Shown: positions 1 to 12,616 of the stretch, one piece after another
How positions within the stretch are numbered: position 1 is the first letter of the stretch
How the letters are laid out: each line of letters opens with the position of its first letter
DNA from: Octopus bimaculoides
Taxonomy: Eukaryota
DNA: 52,395 nucleotides
Assembly: GCF_001194135.2 (NCBI RefSeq)
Contig: NC_068993.1
Coordinates: forward strand, 18,571,126 to 18,623,520
Reading direction: 5' to 3'
The notes under the pieces: model-generated
What the model was told of the DNA's origin: nothing
Database searches by the model: none
Seen by the model: only the letters and a program-made list of their open reading frames with translations
Program-made: the position numbers and the translations under genes

Positions 1-3
1 ATT

Positions 4-70
4 GTGTCTATCTATCTATCTATCTATCTATCTAGCTGTCTGTCTGTCTATCTCTCTCTCTCTCTCTCTT

Positions 71-121
<51 letters not shown>

Positions 122-131
122 CTATCTATGA
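4..131. repeat. (TCTA)n/(TC)n compound microsatellite
   Basis: Direct reading; explains ORF 4..492 (SIYL/SL repeats). Confidence 0.95.
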
Positions 132-567
132 TTTAATAACTCTCACGTATACATATCACATTTTATCTCATACTTTGTCGTTGTTGGTGTTGTTATCCTC
201 CCCTTCCTCTTCCTCCTTCTCCCTCTCCTCCTTCTCCCTCTCCTCCTCCCTCCCTTTTCCACCTTCTTTTTTCTCCTTCCCGTTCGTTCATAGCATTTTC
301 AAATTTTTTTTTCTTGTAATTATTAAAATTTCACTCACATGCAGGACCAATAAAATTAATAATGATAATAATGAGGATGTCAAAGCGGTTAATGACGATA
401 GTGTCAATGTTGCTGCTGCTGCTGCTGCTGCTTACAGATGCAAGATGCTGCTATTGGCCATGATAAGGACGATAAAGATGGTAATGATGTGAGATAGGAA
501 AAGAATAGTTTCGGAAACTAGTGCTCATATGTGTTAACGACAACATCAATAAACCACATCGGCCATC

Positions 568-599
<32 letters not shown>

Positions 600-713
600 G
601 CTGTTGTTGTTGATGTTGTTGTGGTTGATTATGATGACGATGGTGGTGATGATGATGGCGACAAAGAAGAAAAAGAGGACGATGATACTATAACGAGGGC
701 GACGACGAATAGC

Positions 714-772
<59 letters not shown>

Positions 773-1357
773 TAATAATGAGAAGAAAGATGATGTCGTT
801 GTTTATGATGATGGAGAAAGAAGGAGGAAGAAGTGGAGGAGAAGAAAAGTTGATGATGATGACGATGATGATGATGATGGCGGTTTTGGAAGAAGACGAA
901 GAAGAAGAAGGAGAAGGAGGAGAAGAAGAAGAAGAAGAAGAAGAAGAAGAAGAAGAAAAAGAAGAAGAAGAAGAAGAATAAGAAAATAGAAGAAGAAGGA
1001 GGAGGAGAAGAAGAAGAAGAAGAAGAAGAAGAAGAAGAAAGAGAAGAAGAAGGAGAAGAAAAAGAAGAAGAAGGAGAAGGAAGAAGAAAGAATAAGAAGA
1101 ACGAAAAGAAGAGGAGGAAGAAGTAGATGAAGAAAAAGATGAAGAAAAAGAAGAAGAAGAAGACGAAGAAGAAGAAGAAGAAAAAGAAGAAGAAAAAGAA
1201 GAAGAAGAAGAAGAAAGAAGAAGAAGGAAAAGAAGAGGAAGAAGAAGAAGAAAAAAGAAGACGAAGGGGAAGAAAAAAAAGAAGACGAAAAAGAAAGGGA
1301 AGAAGGAGGAAGAAGGAGGAGGAGGAGGAGGAGGAGAAGAAGAAGAAGAAGAAGAGA

Positions 1358-1401
<44 letters not shown>

Positions 1402-1601
1402 TAAGGCGATGATGGTGATGATGATGCAACAACAGCGATAATAACGTCGATGGCGATAAAGCCGACACTGGCGACGGTGATGATAATGCGGGTGCTGGGA
1501 ATGATAGTGTGGTGTTTGACTAAGGTCACTTGTGATAATTATATTGGCAGATTATACAGATATTTATGACAGGGACTATTTTCTTTTTCCTTTGGTTTTA
1601 T

Positions 1602-1632
<31 letters not shown>

Positions 1633-1878
1633 AATAATGTTGTCTATGNNNNNNNNNNNNNNNNNNNNNNNNNNNNNNNNNNNNNNNNNNNNNNNNNNNN
1701 NNNNNNNNNNNNNNNNNNNNNNNNNNNNNNNNNNNNNNNNNNNNNNNNNNNNNNNNNNNNNNNNNNNNNNNNNNNNNNNNNNNNNNNNNNNNNNNNNNNN
1801 NNNNNNNNNNNNNNNAACTTGTGTAGGATAAATCTGATAGCAATGGCGGTGGTGGAATATGATGATGATGGTGATGAC

Positions 1879-1913
<35 letters not shown>

Positions 1914-2008
1914 CGACGACGACGATGATGATGATGACGGTGATGACGTTATTGACGATGTTGTTGGTGAGAATCATGTAGACGCTCCTGACTTTGATGA
2001 TGATGATA

Positions 2009-2045
<37 letters not shown>

Positions 2046-2096
2046 GGACGAAGATAATGATGACAACGACGGTAATGATGACGATGGCGATGAAGA
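568..2096. repeat. Compound trinucleotide microsatellite mosaic (GTT, GAT, AAT, GAA/GAG, GAC) with one N gap
   Basis: Direct reading; nearly pure purine GAA/GAG tract at ~887-1357. Confidence 0.95.
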
Positions 2097-2249
2097 TGCT
2101 GCTGGGTTCTAGCGATGTCAGTAGTTGGTACCAACACAGGAACTTATTTGAAGTCATTGTATATAGCCGATTGATTACTTCTAGATTTGTGACTGGTACT
2201 TTATCGACGCAGAGGTTGACGAAAACCGAAGGTGTCATCAAGGGGTGTC

Positions 2250-2480
2250 AATGTGTGGTCACTTGAGCCGCTGGAAATAGCAGTTAAATACACTCACAAA
2301 TAACATCCTACATTTTAAAAGGGGTAAAGAAACACAGATGACGGTCATCATCATCATCATCATCATTGCCATCATTGCCATCACAGGGCCGTCTACATGA
2401 TTCTTACCATTATCATCAACAACGTTGTCGCCGTCGCTCAATCAAAGCCGACCTAGGGTTAAACAATGACAATAACAACA
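2250..2480 (+). mobile_element. Element E (GCTAGAAATAGCAGCCAAA family), degenerate, with internal (CAT)n and (CAA)n tail
   Basis: gctggaaatagcagttaaat... and ...gacctagggttaaacaatgacaataacaac match copies at 4490, 29270/29770, 41490 and 48050. Confidence 0.55.
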
Positions 2481-2810
2481 ACAATACCAAATTAAACTGC
2501 TATTCAAATCAATTTGAATAAATGAGAAACCTCTTGGTCGAAACCCTGGATATGTCGATGTAGGAGAATTTCGGAGAGTGTTCAACATTTCGAAACATTT
2601 ACCTGCATTGAATTTGTGGACTTAATAGAATTACGAGTATTTCGTTTCGTATGTACCCCTTGCTTGCCCGCACGGTTGCCACCATTTTCGAGATATCGTC
2701 TGTGTCTAAAAAGTGGAGTCTTTTATGCCTTCGTCGTCATGGGAAGCTTTCACGAAAAGACATCGTGTCTGTAATTGTAATTTTAGTGTATGAGGTGGTT
2801 ATGCTCCATA

Positions 2811-3192
2811 TTGTTGGCACTCCGTCGCTTACGACGACGAGGGTCCCAGTTGAACCGATCAATGGAACAGCCTGCTCGTGAAATTAACGTGCAAGTGGCC
2901 GAGCACTCCACAGACACGTGTACCCTTAACGTAGTTCTCGGAGATATTCAGCGTGACACAGTGTGACAAGGCTGACCCTTTGAATTACAGGCACAACAGA
3001 AGCAGGAAGTAAGAGTGAAAGAAAGTTGTGGTGAAAGAGTACAGCAGGGTTCGTACCATCACCTGCCGGAGCCTCGTGGAGCTTTAGGTGTTTTCGCTCA
3101 ATAAACACTCACAACTCCCGGTCTGGGAATCGAAACCGCGATCCTATGACTGCGAGTTCGCTTCCCAAACCACTGGGCCATTGCGCCTCCAC
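2811..3192 (-). mobile_element. tRNA-derived SINE-D, apparently full length
   Basis: Minus strand begins GTGGAGGCGCAATGGCCCAGTGG (A box), then GGTTTCGATTCCC (B box); its 3' ~180 bp match the tails at 25786-25955 and 30270-30438. Confidence 0.85.
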
Positions 3193-3197
3193 GATAG

Positions 3198-3352
3198 CAC
3201 AGTGTAACAAAATTTATTTATGTCTTTGGTCAGTAAGTGTTATTTCCTATTTACTTCTATCCAGAAATCCAAGGAAATGACTACTATTCCTTTCAAACTT
3301 TGCTTTTGTCAACTGGACATCAGTGTTTTGAAACTGGCCTATTTTCCATTAC
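3198..3352 (+). mobile_element. Left arm of the CACT(A/G)TGTAAC MITE family
   Basis: Aligns by eye to 3587-3745 (cacagtgtaacaaaat...ggaaatgactactattcc..tcaaactttgctttt). Confidence 0.75.
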
Positions 3353-3586
3353 GTTAGTGAAATTACTGAAGTTGAGAATGAAAACACTGTAGTAAACTTT
3401 ACTTGCACAATGGTTAATTTGTACGCGAGGAAAACTCTAAGTGGTTGTTCGAGGACTAGTAATAGCAAGTAAAATTACCATAAATCATACACAGCAGGCT
3501 TAAAGAATATGATATTATAAGTTCGATAATATAATTCTGGACACACAGAAAGATTGGATGGCCAACTGCGGGAACATTTTTGGTAA

Positions 3587-4055
3587 CACTATGTAACAAA
3601 ATTTTAATTTTTCTTTTTATCTTTGGTCAGTTACTGTTATTTCCTATTTGCTACTATCAGTAATAAAAGGAAATGACTACTATTCCCTTCAAATTTTGCT
3701 TTTGTGATCTGGACATCAATGTCTTGAAACTGACCTATTTTCAATTATATTTCAGACAGACTCAGCGCTGAGTTGGTGATGCGGAAATATCGTTATACCA
3801 CATATTTGCTTGTCAGTTATTTGACCCTAACCACTCAAGCATATCTCTTAGTGGCTGACAATATGTGCATCTCTGATCATGAGCAGGAGTAGTGAAGAAG
3901 TATCATAGCCATGTGTTGAGAGGAATTATTTGGGAGTTTGAAATGAAATAAAAGCAAAGTTTGAAGGAAATATTGGCTATTTTTCATACTTTTTAGGGAT
4001 AAGCAAATAGAAAATAACGGTTGGGGCCCAAGGACAAAAATCGTGTTACATAGTA
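3587..4055 (+). mobile_element. MITE (~470 bp) with ~120-bp imperfect TIRs; superfamily unclassified
   Basis: Ends CACTATGTAACA...TGTTACATAGTA; subterminal arms are inverted; reverse-complement copy at 29317-29767. Confidence 0.8.
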
Positions 4056-4489
4056 CAGTCACCATGTACATAAATAAAGCACTAACTCCTTAAATAGTCT
4101 GGTTAACTAAATTCTGTAAATAGGCAGAGCTGGTTAGGAACAAATAACCGTTGTGAACGACGGAAACATGCGTAGTGACGCTGATGAATGTTTCCTTAGC
4201 AAGCATTCTTGTTGTCAACAGCCTGGAGGATGACAGACGAGGTTAAGCTGACATTTCCTGATTACGTTATTAAATACACGATCTTTCCTAATGTGGCCGC
4301 TCTACCTGCTAGAAGTAAATCTTAAATAATGAAAGCGCGTTTTGGATAGTATAGACCTGTATACGCCAAGGAGGTTCTATATACGTCATAGGTCTGGGCA
4401 ATGCTGGTTAATCTGAGGTTAAAGAACAACAAATATGCATTAAGTATGAATAGGTGAGCCTCAAAATCATTTACGTGTCAATGAGATTG

Positions 4490-4625
4490 CTTTCATAGTG
4501 CAAGAAATAACAGCCAAATCTCCCTCACATCACATCTTGCTATTTCAAACATAGTATAATATAGTACTGGATATTCTATGATAGAAAATAAGTTGGGATG
4601 GTCGGTGCTGAAATGTCTTTACTTT
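4490..4625 (+). mobile_element. Element E fragment
   Basis: caagaaataacagccaaatctccctc...gggatggtcggtgctgaaatgtcttt, similar to 41500-41660. Confidence 0.55.
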
Positions 4626-6638
4626 ATGGTGCAGGAATGATTGCGTTGTTAGAAAGTTTTCTGTACAACCAGCTACACCAGCAATTGTTTCATTTTGGCA
4701 AGTCACAAGACAAGATTAGTAGATAAAGATATATGTGGTTGATTAAAACATAGTTTGTTCTTGTTACGTATTTTGTCGTCCTTAGTCGGCTGAGAGCAAA
4801 ATTGTCCGTCGGCAGAATTTTAGCTCAAAATGCAGAGAAAAGCAAAACTAAATACACTGAGACATAAATAAACTCTGTTTGTATACAATTTTGACCGTTT
4901 ATGCCTCTTTTCTGTTTGCCTCCATTTAATAATTTTCACAAAATGGCCCAAGAGATCCAAAATATAAAGGAGAGGAGAATAGGAGACCATATATAAAAAA
5001 TGGTAAATAATGACGTAAGTGAACTGATCTGGTTGCTGTTGCTGCTGTTTAATCCTGTATCGATCAGGCCAATGGTTAAAGGAATTCCAGAAATGAACAT
5101 CCAGCATGTTTTTAGGATTGGTGTTACTATATTAACCATTGACTTTTTCGTATTTTCATTGACAAAAGGCAGGGACTTGGTAAAGTCGTTAGAGCAAATG
5201 ATTGACTACCTTCTGTTATTTGTTCCGGCTTTCTGCTCTCTGAGTTCAAGCCCTAAGTCAAATTCACCTTCCATCATTTTAGGATCGATAAATAAAGTAT
5301 CAACAGGGCATAGGTTAACGGAATTGTTAAAATTTCTGGTTGAATTCTTTTAAATTTCTGATCTGGCTCTTTACGTTCTGAGTTCAAATTCTACCAGTGG
5401 CCATGTCATAGCCTCTCACCCACTGAGAGAAGGCCTCAAGGTGGAATGTGACAGATTACAAGACTGACATAACTTTGCAATCAGACAAGCTTCCCACCCA
5501 GCTTTACCATGGATATAAGGGCTTTGATGACCATGTATCGTGAATAATGAAATCGTCCTTGTCCACATTAATTAAACTCACAATGATTGATTCCAGCGTT
5601 TCAGTAACATTTGAAACATCATCGTCAATGAAGAAACATCGACAACAATGATGTGGTTGGGAGGAGATATTATTACTCTTGCTAGAGGCCTTTTTACAAG
5701 TAGGAATAATAAATAAATCAAAGGTTTGACTCACCGGGAGATCAATATTGATTCCGCTATTATTTGATGTAATAAGCATTTCATACTAAATCTATGGATA
5801 ATAAATTCTGTTAGCTACGAATGGACCATATTCCTTTAAATAGAATACTCTATCAAGAACAGATCGTTTGGCATCTCTTCTATATTACTGAGGAGATTAT
5901 ACAAAACTATATGGAACTTTTTTGTTCCAATGCCAGAACTGTCAATCTTAGAGAAGTATTTTGAAATTAGTCTTCTAAAGGTTGCCTAGGCTGAATGTAC
6001 CACACATCCTCAAGGATCTACCAACCATAAATATAATCAGTTAATTTATGGAAGTTAATCCCCGCCGAAAAAAAAAAACAAAAAAACATTAAACAACAGG
6101 TACACTTACCTGTTATTCATCTTTTGTTTCTTTGTTCTTTTCTTTTTAATTATAGTTGTTGACAGATGCTTTTATTGGCCTGTCGTAGTTTCCAGTTTCA
6201 TACAGACATAATTTGACTGAATAACAATGGGTAGCTCTATTTGATGTAAATGGATTAAATACTAGATGGCACGTATTTTATGAAACCCAGTACAGTGAAA
6301 AGCGAAGACAACACTCGGTGAGAATTTGAACTCAGAAAGTACATGTAAGTAACTAAATATCGCTTGTGCATTCCTCTACCAACACTACCCTTTACCGCTC
6401 ATAAATCAATTGATGTAAGAAAACATTTTAAAATTAAGACAAAGCCATTAATGTATTGAAGAAGTGTGCGGTCGTTTGAATTCATCTTTTCATAGGTCTA
6501 GAACTTATGTATTCTGTTATTTGATTGGCTAGAAATATCAATGAGTTGTCCTTAAATCACAAAACGGAAGACCGCATACTGTATATTGAGGTCTCAAATA
6601 TATGTAAGAAGAATGTGGTCCCTATCTTCATTAACTTT

Positions 6639-6642
<4 letters not shown>

Positions 6643-6703
<61 letters not shown>

Positions 6704-6853
6704 NNNNNNNNNNNNNNNNNNNNNNNNNNNNNNNNNNNNNNNNNNNNNNNNNNNNNNNNNNNNNNNNNNNNNNNNNNNNNNNNNNNNNNNNNNNNNNNNN
6801 NNNNNNNNNNNNNNNNNNNNNNNNNNNNNNNNNNNNNNNNNNNNNNNNNNNNN

Positions 6854-6903
<50 letters not shown>
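6643..6903. repeat. (GA)n / N gap / (CT)n
   Basis: Direct reading. Confidence 0.95.
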
Positions 6904-6904
<1 letters not shown>

Positions 6905-6944
6905 TGTACACACGTACATGCGGACACACGTATGCACACACAAG

Positions 6945-7137
6945 CATGGTGGGCAAAATTTTTAGCGATATTTCGCCCGTCTTCACGTCCTGAGTTCAAA
7001 TTCCGCCGAGGTCGACTTTGCTTTTCATCCTTTGGGGGTCGATAAAATAAGTACCGGTTCAGTACTGGGGTCAATGTCATTGATTCATCCCCTCCCCCAA
7101 ATTTCAGACCCTGTGCTTATGATACAAAGGATTATTA
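6945..7137 (+). mobile_element. SINE-A (tRNA head plus core GTCGACTTTGCCTTTCATCCTTTCGGGGTCGATAAAATAAGTACCAG; Meta-domain-like from memory)
   Basis: B box GAGTTCAAATTCC followed by the core; at least ten copies in the window. Confidence 0.85.
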
Positions 7138-8253
7138 CAATTTAGGTTTCGTATGAGGTTAATGGACGTTTAAGATTTCATTTGTACAACGTACGAGGAA
7201 ATAATTGTTTACACCTAAGTTGATGGTTCAAATACCCGGTAATATTGCCGAATTACTGCATTTTCTTGGATCTATTTCGCCATGTTCTTGAAGTGACCAA
7301 TTGAGAAGGCCACATGTAAGCATCAGGATAGATACGGCAAATATATGTGCAACAGGACTGACGTAGCTTTAGAGTTGTATTTTCATTACTGTCTTGAGTC
7401 ATTCGTTTCTTGTAATTTCCCTATTAATGGATCCTGTCTATGATATTAGGAGTTTTCACTCGAATGTAAAAGTGTTATCCGAATGTAAAGGCTGAGTTGA
7501 CGAGCTGTGCTCACTCATAATTAAAGGCTGTATTAATGAACAGTCTTCAGCTGAGTCATTTTTGATAATGGTTAGTTGTTTGCAGCAAGGAACAATCATG
7601 TCCCTTCTTACTCCTCCAAAAGCACGTTTGATCTCATTAAATGCCATTACAATGTTTGTGAAATAATGGGTTACAAATTCCAATTGCTTTTTAATGTATG
7701 TTATGCCTGTACGGATGGAGTTAGTTTCTTGCAAAGATACTAATCACCATTGTTGGGGATATTGGTAGAACAAACTTTTCATTTTGAACCTAAGAAATAC
7801 TCCTGCATACTTTTATTGTTCCGCCTACAGATTGGACTTCTAACGTGCGAAATAAATGGTTAGTTACTTTTATCTGAAAAACTTTAACTTTTCAAGATCG
7901 TCACTGAAGCGATTTCACCTAAAACTAATTTCCCCAATTATTACTGATATAATTATGAATTTATAATATGAATGTACAAGCTGACAGTTTCCAAACAGAT
8001 GTCCGTAGTTATCCTCTTTCTCTTTGATTTTCGAAGAGATATTCACATCAGCAGGAGAGCTGGCTCTATGATGTTACATACTTCTTATCTGTCGTAAACA
8101 GATCTATCCAGCTTGTTATTTTGAACATGGAAGGTGTTTTGACGGGACTGTTCCAGCGATATTCCTTGTGTTGATATCTAGGTATGTATTCAATAGCAGA
8201 GGTATATATGTATGTATGTATGTATATAGATATGTATGTATGTATGTATGTAT

Positions 8254-8410
8254 CACATCTCAGTGGCTAGAGCGTCGGGCTCACAATCATGATGTAGTGA
8301 GTTCGATTCCCGGATCAGGCTGTGTGCTGTGTTCTTGCGCGCACACACTTTATTTTACATTGCTCCAGTTCACTCAGCTGTAGAAATGAGTTGCGTCGTC
8401 ACTGGTGTTA
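8254..8410 (+). mobile_element. SINE-B (tRNA head plus CORE-like domain), truncated by a gap
   Basis: CAGTGGCTAGAGCG...GAGTTCGATTCCC then TGTGTTCTTG...TTGCTCCAGTTCACTCAGCTGTAGAAATGAG. Confidence 0.8.
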
Positions 8411-8879
8411 NNNNNNNNNNNNNNNNNNNNNNNNNNNNNNNNNNNNNNNNNNNNNNNNNNNNNNNNNNNNNNNNNNNNNNNNNNNNNNNNNNNNNNNNNN
8501 NNNNNNNNNNNNNNNNNNNNNNNNNNNNNNNNNNNNNNNNNNNNNNNNTACATATAAGGTATGGTCTGGTTAAGTCAAAATGATTTTTTGTATTCTTCCT
8601 TTCTAGGAGAGTTTAGATGTAGTTATAAAAATAAGTCCTGTTTAAATGTAATTTCATTAAATTTTCTATTTCTTTGTGCAACTGAGGGTTGCTCTGCATT
8701 TTACATTTAATGTAATGTTCCCATTGCTTAATTAAATGGAATCGCATGAAACGATTGTACTGCATTAACTTTGGATATCCTTGTTGCTTATTTTGAATAT
8801 AATCACCTTATTTTGAAACTGTATGGATGATACCATACTTAATTCTGGTGCCTAAACTTAAGTACCATATTCACCTGAA

Positions 8880-8919
<40 letters not shown>

Positions 8920-9691
8920 TAGATGAATGAAAAATTACTGTACAGGTAGAGAAATTCCAGTTTTCTGTTCAACATAAAATTTTGTTTTTCACTAAACGTT
9001 AGAATGTTTATGTATGTATGTATGTATGTATGCATGCATGAATAAATGTATGGATGTGTGCATTAATGCATGAAACATTGGGTAGGAGAACAGATGTATA
9101 GATGAATGGACATTAGATGATGTGATAACTATGTGTAATTCGGGTAGATAACTCTGCATATGGAAGAATGCTTGAACACACATACGCACACGAACATACA
9201 CACACACACACACACGCACACACACAAAGAGACACAGACACAGACACACACAAAGACACACACACACACACGCACACATGAAGAGAGATAACCCGATAGA
9301 TAGATAGTTTGATAAATAGATAAATTGGTCGGTTTGTAAATAGATAGATAGAGAGATAAATAGATAGATAAATAGATAGATAGATATGAAGAAATAAATC
9401 AGTCGATCGATCGATCGTATGATTGATGAAGGATAGATGGTTGAATGGTTATACCTAGGGCCAACTGGAAAAATTAGTGGAGTTAATGAATTAATAAATT
9501 GCTGAGAAGATGGATGGATTGTTGGGTCTCTGGGTATATTTAAAACCATGCAACTGAAATAAATTGGGAAAATGAAGAAATAGAGATAGATTAATAGATA
9601 GGGAGAGAATGAAAGAATGCGGGAGTCACACACATAGAGGAACGTGATGGAGAGTGTGTGTGTGTGTGTGTCTGTGTGTGCGTGCGTTTCT

Positions 9692-9729
<38 letters not shown>

Positions 9730-9834
9730 GGTATATTGAAATTTAGTAGAAAGACTGAAACTATATTTGCAAGAAAATTTTGAGACGGAAGAAATGACGA
9801 AAGGGTAATTATGGGTAAATATAGAAAGGGGGAG

Positions 9835-10320
9835 AGAGAGGGGGGGCAAGAGAAAGAGAGAGAGGGGGCAAGAGAAAGAGAGAGAGAGAAAGCAAGGGAG
9901 AGCAAATGAGAANNNNNNNNNNNNNNNNNNNNNNNNNNNNNNNNNNNNNNNNNNNNNNNNNNNNNNNNNNNNNNNNNNNNNNNNNNNNNNNNNGAGAGAG
10001 AGGGGGCAAGAGAAAGAGAGAGAGGGGGTAGGAAAAAGAGAAAGAGAGGGGGCAAGAGAAAGAGAAAGAGAGGAGGCAAGAGAAAGAGAAAGAGAGGGGG
10101 CAAGAGAAAGAGAAAGAGAGGGAGCAAGAGAGGAAGTGAGAGAATGGGCAAGAGAAAGAGAGAGAGAGGGGCAAGAGAAAGTGAGAGAGTGGGCAAGAGA
10201 AAGAGAGAGAGAGGGGCAAGAGAAAGAGAGAGAGGGGGCAAGAGAAAGAGAGAGAGAGAAAGCAAGGGAGAGCAAATGAGAAAGACAGCAAGAAAGAATG
10301 ATTGAGAGAGAGAGAAAGAA
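9835..10320. repeat. Purine-rich minisatellite, ~22-28-bp unit GGGGCAAGAGAAAGAGAGAGAGA
   Basis: About 14 visible units with one gap; explains the SLSLAP/FLLPPL ORFs. Confidence 0.9.
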
Positions 10321-10383
10321 AGTGCAAGAGAGATAAGGAGAATGTATATGTGTTAGTGTATGTGTGTGGGTTTGTGTGTGTGT

Positions 10384-10424
<41 letters not shown>

Positions 10425-10687
10425 TAAGAAGGAAACTAAAAGTGATGGCAGTGACAAAGAAATAAATAACGTAGGTGAATGTGTGTGTGTGTTTGTGTGT
10501 GTGTAGTTTTTACCGGCTTCTGTTATAAAACTGTGGTCATGCAGAGACAGTGTATGAATGCCTTAATTGATGTTATAGAGTCCAGTACTTATTTTGTTAA
10601 TTTCTATTCAACGAACGGTTAAGTCACCTGTTTGAAATTAACATGTCTGGATTGATACACCGGTTTACTAGCATGGTGATGGATCTC

Positions 10688-10790
10688 CGTCGTTCGACAT
10701 CGAGCATTCAGTTGTTGGATCGACTGAATTATCTGCTCTTGAATTGATGTCAAGTGGCTGTGCATTGAACAGACACCTGAAAACGTAATC
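10688..10790 (-). mobile_element. Degenerate copy of the SINE-D/B shared 3' tail
   Basis: cgtcgttcgacatcgag...caagtggctgtgcattgaacagacac resembles 2823-2920. Confidence 0.5.
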
Positions 10791-11162
10791 CTAAGGAAGA
10801 ATTAGCGAACTTTGTTAATCATAGGTATCATCTATTCGAAGGGATTCTTTATAGTTTTCGTCTACGCAATTTCACTGATTTGGTATGGAACGAATTAGGC
10901 GTAAATAAAACATTGTCCCCAGGTGCATGCAGTGGGGGTCATATCCGGGACTTCGTGGTTACTAAGTGATCTTCTCAAACATTCGGTTATAATCTTAAAT
11001 ATTGACAAATACGTAAACACAAACATATATAAAATAACAAAAAAGGAGCAATCAAGGCAGGGAGATAGACAAATAAAAAAAGGACAAACAAATAGGCAAT
11101 ATTTGAAGTTAGACTAGGAATTAGCAGGAAAAGCATAGAAAAATGAAACGAAACAATAATAA

Positions 11163-11480
11163 GAGCAACACCAACGTCCTCTCAACGATTAACCAGAGAT
11201 GATTTTTAAAATGAGAGTATCTGAAATAAACTCGACTGCTTTCACAAACGAGAGTACAAAAATGAACCTGACCACTCTCAAAAATTAAGTGAAGAAACGA
11301 AAAATAATCCAGAATCCTTGTCCGATACTGCAGCTATCCCAAAATCTAATCGTGCCAGTCATGAGGCCAAACATTCCTGAAAGTTTTATCCGAATCCATC
11401 CAGCGGTTCTTGAGATATCTTGTCCACAGACAAACAAACACACAAACACGACTGAAAACAATACCTCTGCCTTCGCTATG
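11163..11480 (-). mobile_element. Non-autonomous HINE/DINE-1-like (Helentron-associated) element
   Basis: Minus strand GCGAAGGCAGAGGTATTGTTTTCAGTCGTGTTTGTGTGTTTGTTTGTCTGT...GATATCTCAAGAACC..GGATGGATTCGGATAAAACTTTCAGGAATG; this layout and motif are recalled from HINE-type elements. Confidence 0.5.
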
Positions 11481-12547
11481 TTTACTCTCTCTGGAACGTA
11501 ATTTAGACAGTCCATATCATCTCCTTTGAAACTTGGAACCCATTTGCGCAATGATTTTAGTGACATTGCTTAATATTTGAATTTTTGGTGTTGGTGCCGC
11601 AACAATTAGCATAATTTCGAATTAGACGGTTCGGAAATCTTTTCATACGGTGTAAGTTGTTACGGATTTCTTTTGATCTATTAATTATCTATAGTTCATA
11701 AATGTTGCATGTCTTTACCTCGAATTTAGTTAGGTCATCTCACGCTTACTTTCGCCTGTAAAATCGTACACGCAGGTACGCACATAGACTCGACAACACT
11801 ATCAAATAATATATCTATCTGTTTGTCTGCCTGTATGTATGTATGTTCATCCCTTTCTCTTTTTCATTTAGAGTAAAGGTTGACTGGCCACCTAGTTGGT
11901 AGCAAGGATGTGAGGGTAAGTATCTTGTTTAAGCCATCATCCTTTACATCTTAAGGCTTTGCAGATTTTTATAGTCCCAGATATCGCGATCATTTGTGGC
12001 ATATGTGTGTCATTATTCAGTTTTGTTTCAAGATTTCTTCCCAATGGAGAAAGAGCCGGTTTCTAACCTAGATCCAAGGCTCCTTCGTTGGAACTTCAAC
12101 AACATCAGCAGGGCATTTTTGAAAGCATGTATATGTGCAGATTTGTATGTTTTGTTTTACGTATGTATGCATATATGTATGCATGTATGTGTGTGTATGT
12201 ATGTATGTGTATGTATATATNNNNNNNNNNNNNNNNNNNNNNNNNNNNNNNNNNNNNNNNNNNNNNNNNNNNNNNNNNNNNNNNNNNNNNNNNNNNNNNN
12301 NNNNNNNNNNNNNNNNNNNNNNNNNNNNNNNNNNNNNNNNNNNNNNNNNNNNNNNNNNNNNNNNNNNNNNNNNNNNNNNNNNNNNNNNNNNNNNNNNNNN
12401 NNNNTTTATTTAAAAGAGTTCCAACTCTGTCTTGTTTATGTTTTATTTACATTCTTGTAAAATTAATGTGGGATATAGAATATGGAATATATGATATATA
12501 ATATAAAAATGGATGGTACAATGAAATGAAATGAAATGAAGTATTGA

Positions 12548-12616
12548 ATGTCTTATTGAATATATGGAATATGTCTTATTGAATATATGGAATATGTCTT
12601 ATTGAATATATGAAAT
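12548..12616. repeat. 23-bp tandem repeat x3 (ATGTCTTATTGAATATATGGAAT)
   Basis: Units start at 12548, 12571 and 12594. Confidence 0.9.

Noticed and set aside
4-2112. Long ORFs of poly-S/F/L/E/K/D/N (up to 327 aa)
   Set aside because: Translations of stop-free trinucleotide repeats, open in several frames on both strands.
6643-6903. (GA)n and (CT)n facing each other as a large hairpin
   Set aside because: The junction is an N gap, so the orientation cannot be trusted.
7831-8181. Two plus-strand exon-like segments (7831-7858, 8102-8181) with AG/GT ends
   Set aside because: Joining them gives early stops, there is no recognisable protein, and the second resembles degenerate element E.
9841-10282. 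Identical ~70-bp segment before the gap (9843-9912) and at the array end (10213-10282)
   Set aside because: Probably an assembly overlap artefact within a minisatellite.
8992-10327. 427-aa ORF with SLSLAP repeats
   Set aside because: Minisatellite plus microsatellites plus N gap.
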